Virus record (IMG/VR): IMGVR_UViG_3300045988_031434
Strand: one strand, 5' to 3'
DNA from: a virus
Length of the DNA stretch: 5,131 nt
Part shown: one piece after another, positions 3,307-5,131 of the stretch
Numbering within the stretch: position 1 is the stretch's first letter
Layout of the letters: every line of letters starts with the position of its first letter
Made by a program: the position numbers and the translations under genes
Notes under the pieces: generated by a model
Told to the model about the DNA's origin: nothing
The model's input: only the letters and a program-made list of their open reading frames with translations
Databases searched by the model: none

Positions 3307-5049
3307 CTAGAAATGATCAACAAGGCCGGGAGTACCAAACATAGGCATAGGACGCACAGTAGTGTAACGGAAGCCTATGTCAAGCAAGAATTCAGGCTCA
3401 CTGGGAACAGCGATAATACGCTCAATAGGTGGATTTTCGACTATGAATTCTTCATTAAGAGTTGGAGCATTTTTAAAGAACTGGGACAAATGCCACATAT
3501 CCAAAGAACCATTAACTACAGAACTACGAAACTTACCTGTAATTTGCGAAGGTTTATAGCGATATTCGGCATAACGTTCCTGATAGCCAAAAACAGTAGT
3601 ATCAGCTTCAGAACCCTGAGCATAAATCTCACGAAGCTCAATAGCCTGTTCGCCAAGATGAGCGAATGTAGTCCAATAAAAATCATAAACAGTAGAGCGA
3701 AGCCACATCTTGTTAATACCCTGCTGATAAGTAAGATCAGCACGAGCACATACAAAACCAAAAATATAGCCATGCTCAACAAAAGACTTATTAAAACCAT
3801 GGAACTTAGCGGCAGTAACACCATAAGCAGAGAGATTGCCTTGAGGAGAGATATCGTCGGTTGCAGAAGTTTGAGCTATTGGATTGACATTTATCATTTT
3901 GGTAAAGGAGCCGAGAAATTCAGGACGCTGAAGACGGGCGTCCGGAGAAACTACACCAAAGAAAGAACGGAGCACTTCTGTATACCGAGTACCACCACGA
4001 GCAAGACGTTCATAGAACTTCTGCATCTGGAAAGCTGTGCGAAGACTGTTGATTGTAAAAATGCTTGAAGAGTCCAAATCAACATAAGAATCATTGCCAA
4101 GGTAAGCAGAACCAACTTGAGCAGAAATAGTTACCGGACCATCAGTATTACCAGCAAAACCGCCTACAGTACTAAATTCAGAAGCATAACGGGAGAACGT
4201 AACAACTCCATTACCTGATGCCATTCTTTTACCGCCTGAAGAAGAGGCGCTACCGCCATAAGCAGAAACAGCGGCGAGCTGATTAGCGTTACTATGGAGA
4301 AGATAGCCATTATCAGGTGTAGGGTCAACTATAGAAGCAGTACCAGCAAGACCTATAGAAACACCTGGTCCCTTCTGTGTCCAGGGCAGAGCAGAAGTGA
4401 AGTAATCATGGCGCTTACCGCGAGGGGGGCAAGGATATCCGGGAAAAATGTTAGATCCAGACTTGAACAACCAAGAAGGTTGATCAGAAACCCGGGCAGA
4501 GTTTAAAACTTCGTTAGTATCGCCTTTCTGAATCTTGACGGATTTTTGGAGGTTTTCATCTCTAAACCATTCATTCCAAATAAGGTAAACACCACGAAAC
4601 GGAAGAGCACTAATACCAGATATATTACCAGACGTATTTACGGGCAAACCGAAATAGTCCCAAAGAGAGCCTATGTAGTCATTTTTAGAGTTACCAGTAG
4701 CAGAAACGGTAGGGATAACATAATCAGTGCTATCATCAGGGTCTTCCTGCTCAAAGCAGAAGTTCTGCCAATGTTCCCAAACGAGGCGGTTTGGTACAAA
4801 AAAGAAAAACCAGTCCAGATAAATATTATCCATGATAGGCTTAATAGGAGTAGCCAAACGAGCGAAGTAATTAACAGACATACGAGCAGTATCGCCAGGC
4901 AAAACCTCATCAACAAATACAGGTATAAGCTTGCCTGAATCAAAAGTTGTCTTATAAACATGGGAACGGTCAAACTTAGTCCTTTTCATGTACATTGCAG
5001 GAGCATCGCTGAAGCGATGTCCTCGAACTCTTATTTTTTTTTGAGCCAA
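3307..5049 (-). CDS. VP1: Major capsid protein VP1 (F-like, 580 aa) with an apparent TTG start
   Basis: Conserved gokushovirus VP1 blocks include HRFSDAP...FDRSH.YKTTFDSGKLIPVFVDEVLPGDT, RHDYFTSALPWTQKGP, TINSLRTAFQMQKFYERLARGGTRYTEVLRSFFGV.SPDARLQRPEFLG and GYQERYAEYRYKPS. The frame opens after an in-frame TAA at 5083..5085, and no ATG or GTG occurs before TTG 5049. AGGTGAT (5059..5053) lies 3 nt upstream of that TTG. Confidence 0.93.
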   Translation of the reverse strand: MAQKKIRVRGHRFSDAPAMYMKRTKFDRSHVYKTTFDSGKLIPVFVDEVLPGDTARMSVNYFARLATPIKPIMDNIYLDWFFFFVPNRLVWEHWQNFCFEQEDPDDSTDYVIPTVSATGNSKNDYIGSLWDYFGLPVNTSGNISGISALPFRGVYLIWNEWFRDENLQKSVKIQKGDTNEVLNSARVSDQPSWLFKSGSNIFPGYPCPPRGKRHDYFTSALPWTQKGPGVSIGLAGTASIVDPTPDNGYLLHSNANQLAAVSAYGGSASSSGGKRMASGNGVVTFSRYASEFSTVGGFAGNTDGPVTISAQVGSAYLGNDSYVDLDSSSIFTINSLRTAFQMQKFYERLARGGTRYTEVLRSFFGVVSPDARLQRPEFLGSFTKMINVNPIAQTSATDDISPQGNLSAYGVTAAKFHGFNKSFVEHGYIFGFVCARADLTYQQGINKMWLRSTVYDFYWTTFAHLGEQAIELREIYAQGSEADTTVFGYQERYAEYRYKPSQITGKFRSSVVNGSLDMWHLSQFFKNAPTLNEEFIVENPPIERIIAVPSEPEFLLDIGFRYTTVRPMPMFGTPGLVDHF

Positions 5050-5131
5050 AATATCACCTTCTTCGAAGTGTAAACCTAATAATTAACCTAAAGCAAATTA
5101 TTATTAGGTTTTAGATTATTTTTGCGTCACC
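5033..5131. repeat. Terminal direct repeat, copy 2, identical to 1..99
   Basis: Same comparison as copy 1. The window ends inside the 5' arm (GCGTCACC) of the hairpin that is seen complete at 92..140. Confidence 0.95.

Larger units (their letters stand above)
1..5032 (-). other. Complete circular Microviridae (Gokushovirinae-like) genome unit, 5032 bp; every gene is on the minus strand
   Basis: An exact 99-nt terminal overlap gives a 5032-bp circle. The full gokushovirus gene set (VP1, VP2, VP3, VP4, VP5-like, VP8-like) is present, tightly packed and on one strand. Confidence 0.9.

Noticed and set aside
3378-3383. Another perfect TTGACA on the minus strand, near the 3' end of VP1, considered as a possible VP2 promoter.
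   Set aside because: No -10-like hexamer lies at 16-18 nt; the sequence there is ACTGTG. The site is 86 nt from the VP2 start and inside conserved VP1 coding sequence (LLDIGF). It is probably a chance occurrence.
444-4938. All ten plus-strand ORFs in the track: 444..710, 796..1032, 1361..1894, 1913..2203, 2398..2604, 2708..2974, 3313..4068, 3377..3559, 4294..4506 and 4546..4938.
   Set aside because: Each is antisense to a minus-strand gene, and most of those genes carry recognisable conserved motifs. Their translations are low-complexity (I/N/K/F/R/S-rich) with no recognisable motifs. I saw no SD sequences at their starts. Microviridae encode all genes on one strand.
1243-4973. Very hydrophobic minus-strand ORFs nested in VP4 (1243..1527, 1615..1851, 1891..2136) and VP1 (3516..3824, 4671..4973). 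I considered them as phiX174 E-like overprinted lysis genes.
   Set aside because: All five lie in the same +1 frame relative to the host gene. The main frames show a strong NNT third-position bias. That puts T at the second codon position of the +1 frame and automatically yields L/I/V/F-rich, stop-poor translations. None has a credible SD at proper spacing; the nearest AAGG is 16-17 nt upstream, and two start at TTG. Only conservation analysis could revive them.

Overview
The window is one complete circular ssDNA phage genome of the family Microviridae, Gokushovirinae-like. Bases 1..99 are identical to 5033..5131, so the unit length is 5032 bp and the window closes on itself. All real genes lie on the minus strand, which therefore has the sense of the virion and mRNA strand. 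Reading 5'->3' along the minus strand, the order is VP1 major capsid (5049->3307), VP2 pilot/minor capsid (3292->2564), a 79-aa N-terminal-TM protein (2559->2320), a 36-aa arginine-rich VP8/J-like DNA-binding peptide (2323->2213, absent from the ORF track), VP4 HUH replication initiator (2170->1259), an 80-aa orphan ORF (1231->989), a VP5-like protein (1020->730) and VP3 internal scaffold (623->141). This matches the VP4-VP5-VP3-VP1-VP2-VP8 order described for gokushoviruses, with two extra small genes inserted. Non-coding structure is concentrated in two intergenic regions. The VP3/VP1 spacer (18..140) holds a 12-bp AT-rich hairpin and a 17-bp compound GC-clamped hairpin. On the viral strand the loop of the compound hairpin reads TTACTTGAT, resembling the phiX174 gene-A nick site core ACTTG/AT. 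The VP5/VP3 spacer (624..729) holds a canonical rho-independent terminator and a short, very GC-rich imperfect hairpin. Two near-consensus sigma70-type promoters (TTGACA-N17-TACAAT and TTGACA-N17-TGnTACTAT) sit directly upstream of VP4 and of the 80-aa ORF. VP1 appears to start at TTG, followed immediately by an A9 run. All plus-strand ORFs, and the hydrophobic ORFs in the +1 frame of VP1 and VP4 on the minus strand, look like compositional artefacts. No tRNA, rRNA, CRISPR, integrase or dif-like XerCD site was seen. All homology statements come from recognising conserved motifs by eye, not from searches.
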